Source of the DNA: an uncultured Papillibacter sp.
Lineage (GTDB): Bacteria; Bacillota; Clostridia; Oscillospirales; Oscillospiraceae
DNA length: 45,116 bases
Reading direction: 5' to 3'
Assembly: GCA_964628265.1 (NCBI GenBank)
Contig: CAZVLO010000001.1
Location: 55,732-100,847 of the forward strand
Shown: in pieces, positions 1-7,809 of the stretch
How the letters are laid out: the number at the start of each line of letters is the position of its first letter
Position numbering within the stretch: the stretch's first letter is position 1
The notes under the pieces: model-generated
What the model saw: only the letters and a program-made list of their open reading frames with translations
Told to the model about the DNA's origin: nothing
Databases searched by the model: none
Translations under genes and position numbers: made by a program

Positions 1-902
1 CCGCTGAGGCTGAGTATCAGTTTGCCGTCTTTTACGGCTGCCATATGAGAACCGCCGGGCTTCATATTGGTTTTCCAAAACAATATGTCAGCACCCGTCA
101 TGGAGGCCGACGTAACAGCCCAGTCATAATCGCCCACCGACGCGCCGCCGGTTGTGACAACCATATCCGACGATAAGAGCGCGGCGTTTATTCTTTCGGC
201 GATGACATTCGGGTTATCCTCCACAATACCGGCGTTTACTGGCTCCGCACCCGCGTCCCGCAGGTACCCGCTCAGCGTATAGACGTTACTGTTGTAGATC
301 ATTGCAGGTCTGAGAGGTGTGCCGACTTCCAGGAGTTCCGATCCCGTATTCAGGATCTTAATCACCGGTTTTTTATAGACAGATACCTGAGATATACCCT
401 GCCCGGCCAAAAGGCCCAGGTGCGGCGCCGTAATCACCGTCCCTTTTTCAGCGATACATGAGCCTTCCCTGATATCGTCCCCGGCATATACCACATCGGT
501 ATTTGGAGCCACGGGCTCAAATATTCTGACCTCTGTTGGCGAGAATTCCGTAATCTCGTATTTAATCGTGGCATTCGCGCCATTTGGGATCGGCGCGCCT
601 GTGAGTATTTTGGCCGCATATCCCGGCATTATATCAATTTTGCCAGGCTTGCCCGCCGGGATCTCCTCGGTTATTTTCAAAATCGCAGGCTTTTTCCGCG
701 TCGCGCCTGCCGTATCTTCGCCACGGAAAGCATAGCCATCATAAGGGCTTCGGTCAAATGGCGGCGACGGTATGACCGCCCTGATATCGGCGGCAAGGAT
801 CCTGCCCTGTGCGTCCGCCAGCTTAATTGTTTCAGTTCTATACGGCACATTAAGCGCACACAGCATATCTACCGCCTGCTCTATTTCAATATTCGTAAGC
901 AT
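1..902 (-). CDS. moeA: Molybdopterin molybdotransferase MoeA (3' end runs off the window)
   Basis: Manual translation from ATG at 902 is open to the window edge: MLTNIEIEQAVDML...GRILAADIRA..PPFDRSPYDGYA...AKILTGAPIPNGA...TTGGASVGDYD...MKPG. These are MoeA signature motifs. Absent from the ORF track because there is no stop in the window. Confidence 0.93.
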   Translation of the reverse strand, partial: MLTNIEIEQAVDMLCALNVPYRTETIKLADAQGRILAADIRAVIPSPPFDRSPYDGYAFRGEDTAGATRKKPAILKITEEIPAGKPGKIDIMPGYAAKILTGAPIPNGANATIKYEITEFSPTEVRIFEPVAPNTDVVYAGDDIREGSCIAEKGTVITAPHLGLLAGQGISQVSVYKKPVIKILNTGSELLEVGTPLRPAMIYNSNVYTLSGYLRDAGAEPVNAGIVEDNPNVIAERINAALLSSDMVVTTGGASVGDYDWAVTSASMTGADILFWKTNMKPGGSHMAAVKDGKLILSLS

Positions 903-947
903 CTGCTCTTCTCACCCCGCACCGGCTTTTTATTATTCTGCCTATTC

Positions 948-975
948 ATTATATCAATTTATACGATGTTCTCAA
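948..975 (-). promoter_or_regulatory. Proximal sigma-A-type promoter for moeA
   Basis: Minus strand TTGAGA-N16-TATAAT with extended TGn, about 45 nt upstream of the moeA ATG. Confidence 0.55.
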
Positions 976-1014
976 GCTTGTACCGCAGCCCAACGCTTTC
1001 CCTTCACTTCACCT

Positions 1015-1047
1015 GCCGGGTATCCGTCCCCATAACAGATACCCGGC
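1015..1047. other. GC-rich hairpin in the moeA upstream region
   Basis: GCCGGGTATC / GATACCCGGC perfect 10-bp inverted repeat; no clear U-tract. Confidence 0.6.
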
Positions 1048-1092
1048 TATTAGAGGAAGAAAGCCCGGGGTTGTAAAAGTGAAATTGACTGT

Positions 1093-1133
1093 AAAAATAA
1101 AAGCAACCTGTTTTGAGAGTATCAAACAGGCTG
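1093..1133 (-). terminator. Intrinsic terminator downstream of the Moco aptamer
   Basis: Minus strand CAGCCTGTTTGA-TACTC-TCAAAACAGGTTG followed by CTTTTATTTTT. Confidence 0.65.
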
Positions 1134-1187
1134 TCACTAAACGGTGATAATACCGAAGGTCGGTATCCCCGGAAAGTATCGTGGTTT

Positions 1188-1330
1188 GTTTCCTTCTCAA
1201 ATGTGAAGGCCGTATCGTTTCCAACATCGACCCCGTGAACAGACAATACTTTAGATTGCTTGCTCAGGCCAATCGTTCATAGGCGGCTGTTATTAAAACA
1301 TAAGCCCTTAGACCAACAGGCGCGGTAACT
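1188..1330 (-). ncRNA. Molybdenum cofactor (Moco) riboswitch
   Basis: Minus strand GUUACCGCGCC...CUAAGGG...CCUAUG...GGGGUCGAUGUUGGAAACGAUACGGCCUUCACAUUUGAGAAGGAAAC matches the Moco-motif layout (CUAAG, GGGU..GAAA..GCCUCCC..UUUGGAAAGGA). It lies just downstream of a consensus promoter and upstream of moeA. Confidence 0.8.
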
Positions 1331-1346
1331 ATTCAACTGTGAAATA

Positions 1347-1375
1347 ATCATACCATCTGATAATTCTCTTGTCAA
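1347..1375 (-). promoter_or_regulatory. Sigma-A promoter driving the Moco riboswitch leader
   Basis: Minus strand TTGACA-N17-TATGAT; predicted start about 1340. Confidence 0.75.
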
Positions 1376-1401
1376 TAAACAGTCTATTTCAAATGTGTGA
1401 T

Positions 1402-1429
1402 TCATATACTTATAAATGCATCATAATCT
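1402..1429 (+). promoter_or_regulatory. Possible sigma-E (mother-cell sporulation) promoter
   Basis: TCATATAC...CATAATCT resembles the sigma-E consensus TCATAtt-N12/14-CATAnnnT and lies directly before an AAGGAG RBS. Confidence 0.4.
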
Positions 1430-1448
1430 GGAAGGAGTTCATGAATCT

Positions 1449-2528
1449 ATGGCCGGCTGCGACAGGCATTATTTTGTATATGGAAATACGGCACAGGGAT
1501 TTGTCAACAAATTATCCTCAAATCTCCGGGGTGTGGAAAGATTGTATATTCTCCGGGGGAGGCCGGGATCAGGGAAAGCTTGCATTATGCCCCCCATCGC
1601 CGCAGAATGCGAAAAAGCCGGTATTAAGGCGGAATACCTTCACTGTCCGACAGCCCCCGACACTTATGACGGAATCATCTTGCCGGATTTGAAGCTGGCT
1701 GTCATTGACGGGACGGACCTTCATTATTCAAAGCTGATCACATCAGACCCCGAGGCTAGCTATATCGATACGGATACCGCCCTGGACGGCAGCCGCCTGA
1801 ATGAACTGGAGGAGCCGCTGTCAACAATCATACCGGAAATCGGAAAATACCATGAAAGAGCATTCCAATGCTTCCGTGACGCCCTTGGTGTTCATGACGA
1901 ATGGGAACGCATCTATATTGAAAACATGGATTTTCAAAAAGCAGATGAACTGGCTTCCGAAACCGCGGCGCTGGTGCTCGGGGATTCGCGGTTTGACAAA
2001 TTGCCCGTCGTGAAGGAACGATTTTTCAGCGCGAGTACGCCATCCGGAGCAATTGATTACGCCGGCAGCCTCACAGGGGGTGTTTCAAAGCGATATCTGC
2101 TTAAGGGCCGCCCCGGTTCGGGGAAATCAACGTTATTAAAAAAACTGGCCGTATCATCAAGTGCCCGGGGTCTGAATACGGAGATATACTCGTGCGCCTT
2201 CGATTCAAACAGCCTGGATATGATCATATGGCCTGAGCTGGATAAATGCCTGTTCGACAGTACTGCGCCGCATTTATATGCGCCGTCCCGGCCGGAGGAC
2301 GAGGTGATTGATATGTATGCTGCTTGTATCGCACCCGGAACCGACGAAAAATATGAAAAAGAGCTTGCGGATATTGCAGGACGGTATAAGCAGGCCATAC
2401 AAAACGGGACAAAGCGCCTGTCTGAAGCGAAAGGATATCTGGATGCGCTCCACGGCATTTACTCCGCCTGTGCTGACCCGGATGAAATCGGCCGGCTCTG
2501 TAATGCCTTCGCCGAACAGCTGCATTGA
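1449..2528 (+). CDS. Tandem P-loop ATPase-like protein (PRK06851-like family)
   Basis: Two homologous halves, each with a Walker A motif (LRGRPGSGKA, LKGRPGSGKST) and HC/SC..D..D and D.T/S..H motifs. Start moved to ATG 1449 after AAGGAG. Confidence 0.8.
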   Translation: MAGCDRHYFVYGNTAQGFVNKLSSNLRGVERLYILRGRPGSGKACIMPPIAAECEKAGIKAEYLHCPTAPDTYDGIILPDLKLAVIDGTDLHYSKLITSDPEASYIDTDTALDGSRLNELEEPLSTIIPEIGKYHERAFQCFRDALGVHDEWERIYIENMDFQKADELASETAALVLGDSRFDKLPVVKERFFSASTPSGAIDYAGSLTGGVSKRYLLKGRPGSGKSTLLKKLAVSSSARGLNTEIYSCAFDSNSLDMIIWPELDKCLFDSTAPHLYAPSRPEDEVIDMYAACIAPGTDEKYEKELADIAGRYKQAIQNGTKRLSEAKGYLDALHGIYSACADPDEIGRLCNAFAEQLH

Positions 2529-2583
2529 TCGGCGGGTACGCGCACCACATGAGTGTATCGGCCATGTATTGAAGCATAACTAA

Positions 2584-2708
2584 GACGACGACGTCATACG
2601 TGAGACGGATATCCCCTGGTTCGGCCAGCTGATGAACGCCCCCAACCCCTGGCCTGGCTCCTCCAGATCGATTGGTGGATGCGGGCATACAACGAGGAGG
2701 TTTATTGA
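2584..2708 (+). pseudogene. C-terminal remnant of glutamine-hydrolysing asparagine synthetase (AsnO/AsnB type), frameshifted
   Basis: Reads ETDIPWFGQLMNAP, then after a shift in the C-run at about 2638-2649, LAWLLQIDWWMRAYNEEVY*. This matches the AsnO-type C-terminus PWFGQLMxGPQ..AxLxQ..xW..xY. No 5' part is present. Confidence 0.7.
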
Positions 2709-2723
2709 AACCGATTTATGGCT

Positions 2724-4016
2724 TTATGCCTCCGATTCTCTCTTAAACTCTGTGAACGCGGTTTCCCACCCCGTCTCAGAGATCCACTCAGGATATTTCT
2801 GCTGTTTTTCGCGGACAAAGCGCAGGAGCAGGTCGAGCTCGACCTCAGAGAAGGACATGAACAACGCCTTGAGCTCGTCGCCCCAGAAGCAGATACCCAG
2901 AATCTCGGCCCAGTCCCGCAGGCTCCCGGCGTGCTGCCGCGCCAGGGCGATTTTATCGGAAACGTGATGGCAGGAGGTGATTTCGTCGATCAGGGCGCGC
3001 AGCTTTTCGTTGTCCATGGGCGCGTTGTCTATAAAAGTGACGACTTGCTTCTCCTCTTCGGCCTCCTCACGGTATAACGGTGGAAAAATGCAAACGAGCC
3101 GCTTTGTATGAAGCGCCAAGCTCACTTGAGCGCCGAGTGCCTCTGCTGTGTCCGCAAGATAGTTTTTCGACGCCGCGCCATTGATTTTAAGAACATCACA
3201 AAGAACGAACGCCGCCGAGCGGAACTCTGATGCGATGCTTCCCGCCGGGGTGCAAAGCAGCGCGTACAGCCTGATGATGTCCCGCTCCGTGACGTCGAGG
3301 GATTTGACATCGCCGCCCAACAGCGTCAGGGACAGGGCGTTGGCGGCCACTGTCTCGTAAATATTCAGAAGGTTATCCCGATAATCGGGAGCGGCGCTTC
3401 TGAGCAGCGCCGTGACTGTCCCGGCGTCAAAACGGCTGCAGAAGTCATTTTCAATTAAAAGGCGGCGCAGATATTCATTGATATAGTCAATGCCAAGAAG
3501 CGCTTCGTTAACAGGGCAAGCCAGCGGGTAATCGAGCATGCAGGGGATATTGTGTGCGAAATGGTGGTAATGGTACCGCTTGAAAAAGACGCCCAGTTCC
3601 TTCAGTGTATTGTGATACGCAAGGTTTTCCACAGCAATTGCCGTTTTGTTCGCCGATTCCAAAAGCGCCTCGCCCTCCCTGACAAGCGCTTCAATTGCTT
3701 TTAGCCCTGACTTGAGCAGCGTGTCGTAATCGTCACCCAGCAGACGCGCTTTAAGCGCTTCCGGTGTGTTCTCGCGACTATGATTGGCATCCATGGTCCA
3801 GCCTCGCGCCAGGCCGTGGCGGATGACGAACGCGGCGGATCTCAACAGCTCCTGCGCCGCTTCGGTGCAAACGGAGCTGCTGCCGCCCATCGTATAGCTC
3901 TCGGCGCGCTTTGCCAGCACATCCCACAGCTTGGCCTGTATTGTTAAAGTCTCGGCGGGTGACAGAACATTTTCAAGGTTTGTACCTGCAAACAGGAGCC
4001 TTTCTTCATCTTCCAT
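2724..4016 (-). CDS. DUF6179-like hypothetical protein
   Basis: About 430-aa ORF with the YTMGGSSSV..E.AQELL.S, DYPL and L.GIDYINEYL.RL..EN.FC..F motifs typical of this clostridial family. AGGTG RBS before ATG 4016. Confidence 0.7.
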   Translation of the reverse strand: MEDEERLLFAGTNLENVLSPAETLTIQAKLWDVLAKRAESYTMGGSSSVCTEAAQELLRSAAFVIRHGLARGWTMDANHSRENTPEALKARLLGDDYDTLLKSGLKAIEALVREGEALLESANKTAIAVENLAYHNTLKELGVFFKRYHYHHFAHNIPCMLDYPLACPVNEALLGIDYINEYLRRLLIENDFCSRFDAGTVTALLRSAAPDYRDNLLNIYETVAANALSLTLLGGDVKSLDVTERDIIRLYALLCTPAGSIASEFRSAAFVLCDVLKINGAASKNYLADTAEALGAQVSLALHTKRLVCIFPPLYREEAEEEKQVVTFIDNAPMDNEKLRALIDEITSCHHVSDKIALARQHAGSLRDWAEILGICFWGDELKALFMSFSEVELDLLLRFVREKQQKYPEWISETGWETAFTEFKRESEA

Positions 4017-4089
4017 TGAGTACACCTGCGATCATAAGAATTAGACCGACACAGGGGTCGGTCTCTTCAATATATAGTACCGCCTGCGG

Positions 4090-4548
4090 TCAGAACAACG
4101 GGCCGTCGTCCGCCTCATAGCCGTACCGGGTGTTGCGGCAGAGGTCCTCCAGGGTCGTGCCGCTTAAATAGTCCAGCGAGCCCTGGCAGATCGTATCAAA
4201 ATGGCGGCGCATAATGGCGATCAGCTCGTCATCCGGGATGCGATCCTCCGACTCGTTCTTAAAGTAATAAAAGGAATCCAGCAGCTCCAGAATCGTCTCC
4301 TCGTAATTCTCCTGATAGATAAAGGGGGAATCGCAGAAAGCTTCGATCAGCATTTTTGTGACGCCCCGCCCGAACTCGACGCGCCCGGTGGCGTCTAGCG
4401 CCTCAAAACGTTTTTCCACAATAGCTGCAATTTGCTCTTCTGAGAACATCAGGCCGAACTGCCCCGTGACGGCGTTCGTCTGCCGCAGCTCCTCGGCGGC
4501 GCTGAGACGCTCGGTATTTCTCAGTGACAACTCAAATGAATCTGTCAA
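4090..4548 (-). CDS. DUF6323-like hypothetical protein
   Basis: 152-aa ORF with GRVEFG.G...LIEAFCDSPFI, FYYFKNES and DDELI motifs. GAGGTG RBS before a TTG start; co-oriented with the DUF6179 gene. Confidence 0.7.
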   Translation of the reverse strand: MTDSFELSLRNTERLSAAEELRQTNAVTGQFGLMFSEEQIAAIVEKRFEALDATGRVEFGRGVTKMLIEAFCDSPFIYQENYEETILELLDSFYYFKNESEDRIPDDELIAIMRRHFDTICQGSLDYLSGTTLEDLCRNTRYGYEADDGPLF

Positions 4549-4598
4549 TTACATCACCTCACAATCACTATAGTCCCGGGAAAAAGACATAACAAGAC

Positions 4599-4627
4599 TT
4601 GAAATTATTTCAAATTTGTGGTAATAT
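4599..4627 (+). promoter_or_regulatory. Upstream promoter overlapped by a 7-1-7 palindrome
   Basis: TTGAAA-N17-TAATAT; TTGAAAT-T-ATTTCAA (4599-4613) is a perfect 7-1-7 inverted repeat covering the -35. Confidence 0.45.
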
Positions 4628-4666
4628 ACAAGCAGAAAAAGCGTGGATATACCGATGCAGAAAATA

Positions 4667-4695
4667 TTGACAACAAAAAACGGGCATGCTAAACT
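4667..4695 (+). promoter_or_regulatory. Sigma-A promoter for the yybP-ykoY leader and P-type ATPase
   Basis: TTGACA-N17-TAAACT with extended TGn. Confidence 0.75.
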
Positions 4696-4712
4696 ACAGT
4701 TAAATATTGGCT

Positions 4713-4804
4713 CTGTGGGGGAGTAGTCGGCGCTGCAACGCGCTTCAAGTCAACACGCATGGCGGATGTTCCGTCTGGCTTGAATGAAATGACCAGACTC
4801 ACGG
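4713..4804 (+). ncRNA. yybP-ykoY Mn2+ riboswitch
   Basis: CUGUGGGGGAGUAG...GUCAACAC...UGGC...ACCAGACUCACGG carries the conserved GGGGAGUA / UCAACA / AGAC elements. It lies upstream of a P2A ATPase, as in L. lactis yoaB. Confidence 0.88.
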
Positions 4805-4832
4805 GTAGGCAAAATCCTATCCGTGTTTTTTT
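4800..4832 (+). terminator. Riboswitch-controlled terminator
   Basis: CACGGGTAGG-CAAAAT-CCTATCCGTG + TTTTTTT; the 5' arm overlaps the aptamer P1 3' strand (ON-switch logic). Confidence 0.85.
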
Positions 4833-4881
4833 AATGCGCTTCATCAAATACTATCCAGAAAGAAATTATAGGGGGATGACT

Positions 4882-7506
4882 TTGAAACACTATTGCCAGA
4901 CAATCGAAGATGTAATCAGCGCAACAAACAGTTCCATGTCGGGTTTATCTGCCGCCGAGGCTGAAAAACGGCTTAAGGCAAATGGCAGGAACAAGCTGGT
5001 GGAAGGAAAAAAAGACTCTGTCATCAAACGTTTCCTGAAACAGCTGGCCGATCCTATGATTATTATTCTGCTCGCAGCCGCCGTCATTTCCGCTGTTACA
5101 TCTGTCTTGGAGGGCGAAAGCCCCGCAGATGTGTTTATCATCCTATTTGTCGTTATTGTCAACTCTATCCTTGGCGTTTATCAGGAGAATAAAGCCGAAA
5201 AAGCGATAGAGGCGCTTCAGCAGATGGCCGCGGCTACCAGCAAGGTGCTGCGGGACGGAAAAATCACCATAATCAAGAGTGAAGACATTGTTGTCGGCGA
5301 TGTGGTTTTGCTCGAAGCCGGAGACGCCGTGCCGGCCGACGGGCGCATATTGGAAAGTGCCAGTCTGAAGATCGAAGAGGCCGCCCTCACGGGTGAAAGC
5401 GTCCCTGTCAGCAAATATATTGACGCCATCGGTCTGGGGGGACAGAGCGATGTCCCGCTGGGTGACCGCAAAAACATGGTCTATATGGGCAGCACCGTCG
5501 TTTATGGCCGCGGCTCCGCCGTCATCACCGGCACAGGCATGGACACCGAGATGGGCAAGATCGCCGACGCGCTCACGCGTGCCGAGCAGGGGCAGACGCC
5601 TCTGCAGATCCAGCTGGCTCAATTGAGCCGGATTTTGACATATCTTGTCCTTGGTATCTGTGTTGTTATCTTTGCCGTCGGCCTCTTGCGCGGAGACCAA
5701 CTGCTGCATTCGTTAATGATTGCCGTTTCCCTTGCGGTGGCGGCCATCCCGGAGGGCTTAGTAGCCGTAGTGACAATCGTGCTGTCCATCGGCGTGACAA
5801 ACATGAGCCGGCGTAACGCTATTATCCGGCGCTTGACAGCCGTTGAGACACTTGGCTGCGCCCAGATCATTTGCTCTGATAAGACAGGCACACTCACACA
5901 AAACAAGATGACGGTTGTCGATGAATATACGACTGATGCGGCTCTTTTGGCGACGGCTATGGCCTTATGCACCGACGCCGAACTCAATGAGGACGGCAGC
6001 GTGACAGGCGAGCCGACCGAGGCCGCCCTTGTCGCCTGGGCAGCAAAAATGGGGCTCATCAAGGATCAGCTCCGCATCGATTCTCCGCGTATCGGCGAGG
6101 CGCCCTTCGACAGTCTGCGTAAAATGATGAGCACCGTTCATCTGCATGCCGATGGCAGTGTTGTGCAGTATACCAAAGGCGCACCCGATGAAATTCTGAA
6201 AAAATGCACCCACATCTTAAAAGATGGTGACATCCGTGTCCTGACCGATAATGATAGGGAAGAAATTTTGACGGCCAACAAGGAAATGGCAAGCCGCGCT
6301 TTGCGTATACTGGCAGCAGCTAAAAGGACATATAAAAACCCACCGGAAAGCTTCGAAGCCGGCGACCTTGAGCAGGAGCTGTGCTTTATCGGCCTGACCG
6401 GCATGATCGACCCCGTCCGGCCGGAGGTCAAAGCCGCCATCGATAAATGCCGCACCGCCGGTATCCGTCCCATCATGATCACCGGCGACCATATCGATAC
6501 CGCCATCGCCATCGCGACGGAACTGGGGATTTTGACCGGGGACACAGAAGCCATTACCGGTTCCGCGCTGGGCGATATGTCCGATGAGGAATTTGAAAAG
6601 CGATTTCGCCGGATATCCGTCTATGCCCGCGTGCAGCCGGAGCATAAGGTGCGCATCGTCAACGCCTGGAAAAACGCCGGCTTTGTGACCGCCATGACGG
6701 GTGACGGCGTCAATGACGCGCCCAGCATCAAATCAGCCGATATCGGCGTCGGTATGGGCATCACCGGCACAGACGTCACAAAGAATGTTGCCGATATGGT
6801 ACTGGCCGACGATAATTTTGCCACCATCGTCAGCGCCGTTGAAGAGGGCCGCCGTATTTACGACAATATCCGCAAGGTTATTCAGTTCCTCCTGAGCTCC
6901 AACATGAGCGAGGTCATCAGCATTTTTGTCGCGACGCTCATGGGCTTCTCCATCCTGCGGCCGGTGCATCTGCTTTGGATCAATCTCGTCACCGACAGTA
7001 TCCCCGCAATGGCGCTCGGTATGGAAAAAGCGGAGCCGAATCTTATGTCACGCTCCGCCCGCTCCCCGAAAGACGGCGTATTTGCCGGTGGAATGGGTTT
7101 CGATATTGCTTACCAGGGCCTGCTGGTCTCCATCCTGACGCTGGCCGCCTATTTCATCGGTCACTTTATGGAGTCGGGAAGATGGGAGATTGCCAACAGC
7201 GCGGACGGTACGACAATGGCGTTTCTGACGATGAGCATGGCGGAAATTTTCCACAGCCTCAACATGCGCTCGCGGCGCAGCAGTATCTTTACGCTCGGCA
7301 CCCAAAACAGGTTCCTCAACTGGGCGGCTGTAGCGAGCCTTGTTCTGACGACGGTCGTCATCTACGTGCCGTTCCTGCAGCGGGCTTTTGAGTTCGAGCA
7401 TATCAGCATCGCCGAATATGCGGTTGCCCTTGGTCTTGCCATCCTTGTCATCCCCATCGTCGAGCTTGTAAAGCTAATCCAGCGGAACATGGCAAAACGT
7501 CACTGA
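4882..7506 (+). CDS. P-type IIA (Ca2+/Mn2+) cation-transporting ATPase, YoaB/YloB-like
   Basis: TGES, AAIPEGL, DKTGTLT, KGAPD, MITGD, MTGDGVNDAP and LLWINLVTD motifs. Start likely TTG 4882 after AGGGGG; the track's 4759 start overlaps the riboswitch. Confidence 0.95.
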   Translation: MKHYCQTIEDVISATNSSMSGLSAAEAEKRLKANGRNKLVEGKKDSVIKRFLKQLADPMIIILLAAAVISAVTSVLEGESPADVFIILFVVIVNSILGVYQENKAEKAIEALQQMAAATSKVLRDGKITIIKSEDIVVGDVVLLEAGDAVPADGRILESASLKIEEAALTGESVPVSKYIDAIGLGGQSDVPLGDRKNMVYMGSTVVYGRGSAVITGTGMDTEMGKIADALTRAEQGQTPLQIQLAQLSRILTYLVLGICVVIFAVGLLRGDQLLHSLMIAVSLAVAAIPEGLVAVVTIVLSIGVTNMSRRNAIIRRLTAVETLGCAQIICSDKTGTLTQNKMTVVDEYTTDAALLATAMALCTDAELNEDGSVTGEPTEAALVAWAAKMGLIKDQLRIDSPRIGEAPFDSLRKMMSTVHLHADGSVVQYTKGAPDEILKKCTHILKDGDIRVLTDNDREEILTANKEMASRALRILAAAKRTYKNPPESFEAGDLEQELCFIGLTGMIDPVRPEVKAAIDKCRTAGIRPIMITGDHIDTAIAIATELGILTGDTEAITGSALGDMSDEEFEKRFRRISVYARVQPEHKVRIVNAWKNAGFVTAMTGDGVNDAPSIKSADIGVGMGITGTDVTKNVADMVLADDNFATIVSAVEEGRRIYDNIRKVIQFLLSSNMSEVISIFVATLMGFSILRPVHLLWINLVTDSIPAMALGMEKAEPNLMSRSARSPKDGVFAGGMGFDIAYQGLLVSILTLAAYFIGHFMESGRWEIANSADGTTMAFLTMSMAEIFHSLNMRSRRSSIFTLGTQNRFLNWAAVASLVLTTVVIYVPFLQRAFEFEHISIAEYAVALGLAILVIPIVELVKLIQRNMAKRH

Positions 7507-7525
7507 CTGTCATAAAATATGATAG

Positions 7526-7554
7526 TTTACATTTCATTACCGTTGCGGTATTAT
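7526..7554 (+). promoter_or_regulatory. Sigma-A-type promoter for the structured leader
   Basis: TTTACA-N17-TATTAT; predicted start about 7561. Confidence 0.6.
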
Positions 7555-7611
7555 CTGGTAAATCTATTTGATGATGGATTCGCTAGTTTAAAATAATCTA
7601 TCAGACAACCA

Positions 7612-7695
7612 CCGTGACCATGCTGGGTTTGCCTTCGTAGTCTGCCGTCACCGGCCGGCGACAAGGGTTGAGCTCTCTTGGTAGTCGGGTGTCGC
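7612..7695 (+). ncRNA. Candidate riboswitch with two tandem hairpins, DUF1646/Na+-riboswitch-like
   Basis: Two stems, GUGAC/GUCAC (7614-7651) and GCGAC/GUCGC (7658-7695), each enclose GGGUU...GUAGUC. The second ends in GUCGGGUG and sits just before a terminator. Family assignment is from recalled consensus only. Confidence 0.5.
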
Positions 7696-7702
7696 AATCA
7701 TC

Positions 7703-7746
7703 AACACCTTATCGGACGACCGTTTCGATAAGGTGTTTTATTTTTT
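7703..7746 (+). terminator. Leader terminator
   Basis: AACACCTTATCGG...TCGATAAGGTGTT + TTATTTTTT. Confidence 0.85.
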
Positions 7747-7809
7747 GAAGGGGGTGATCGTCCTGATCGCCGCTGAATTACTGTCCGTCGGGCTGATGAC
7801 CAGCGTCTC

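Noticed and set aside
2548-2583. HECIGH as an HExxH metallopeptidase remnant
   Set aside because: Only a few residues, wrong spacing, followed immediately by a stop; no other support.
4549-4554. ATG-TAA minimal ORF before the DUF6323 TTG start
   Set aside because: The ATG abuts the GAGGTG RBS (part of the GGTGAT anti-SD match), so initiation there is unlikely.
4759-4881. 41-aa N-terminal extension of the P-type ATPase in the ORF track
   Set aside because: It overlaps the riboswitch and terminator; the RBS supports a start at 4882.
7561-7704. Lysine riboswitch upstream of asd
   Set aside because: The context is suggestive and the ends loosely resemble P1, but AGAGGUGC, AGUA/GAAAGG and GCCGAA are absent and the element is too short (about 136 nt).
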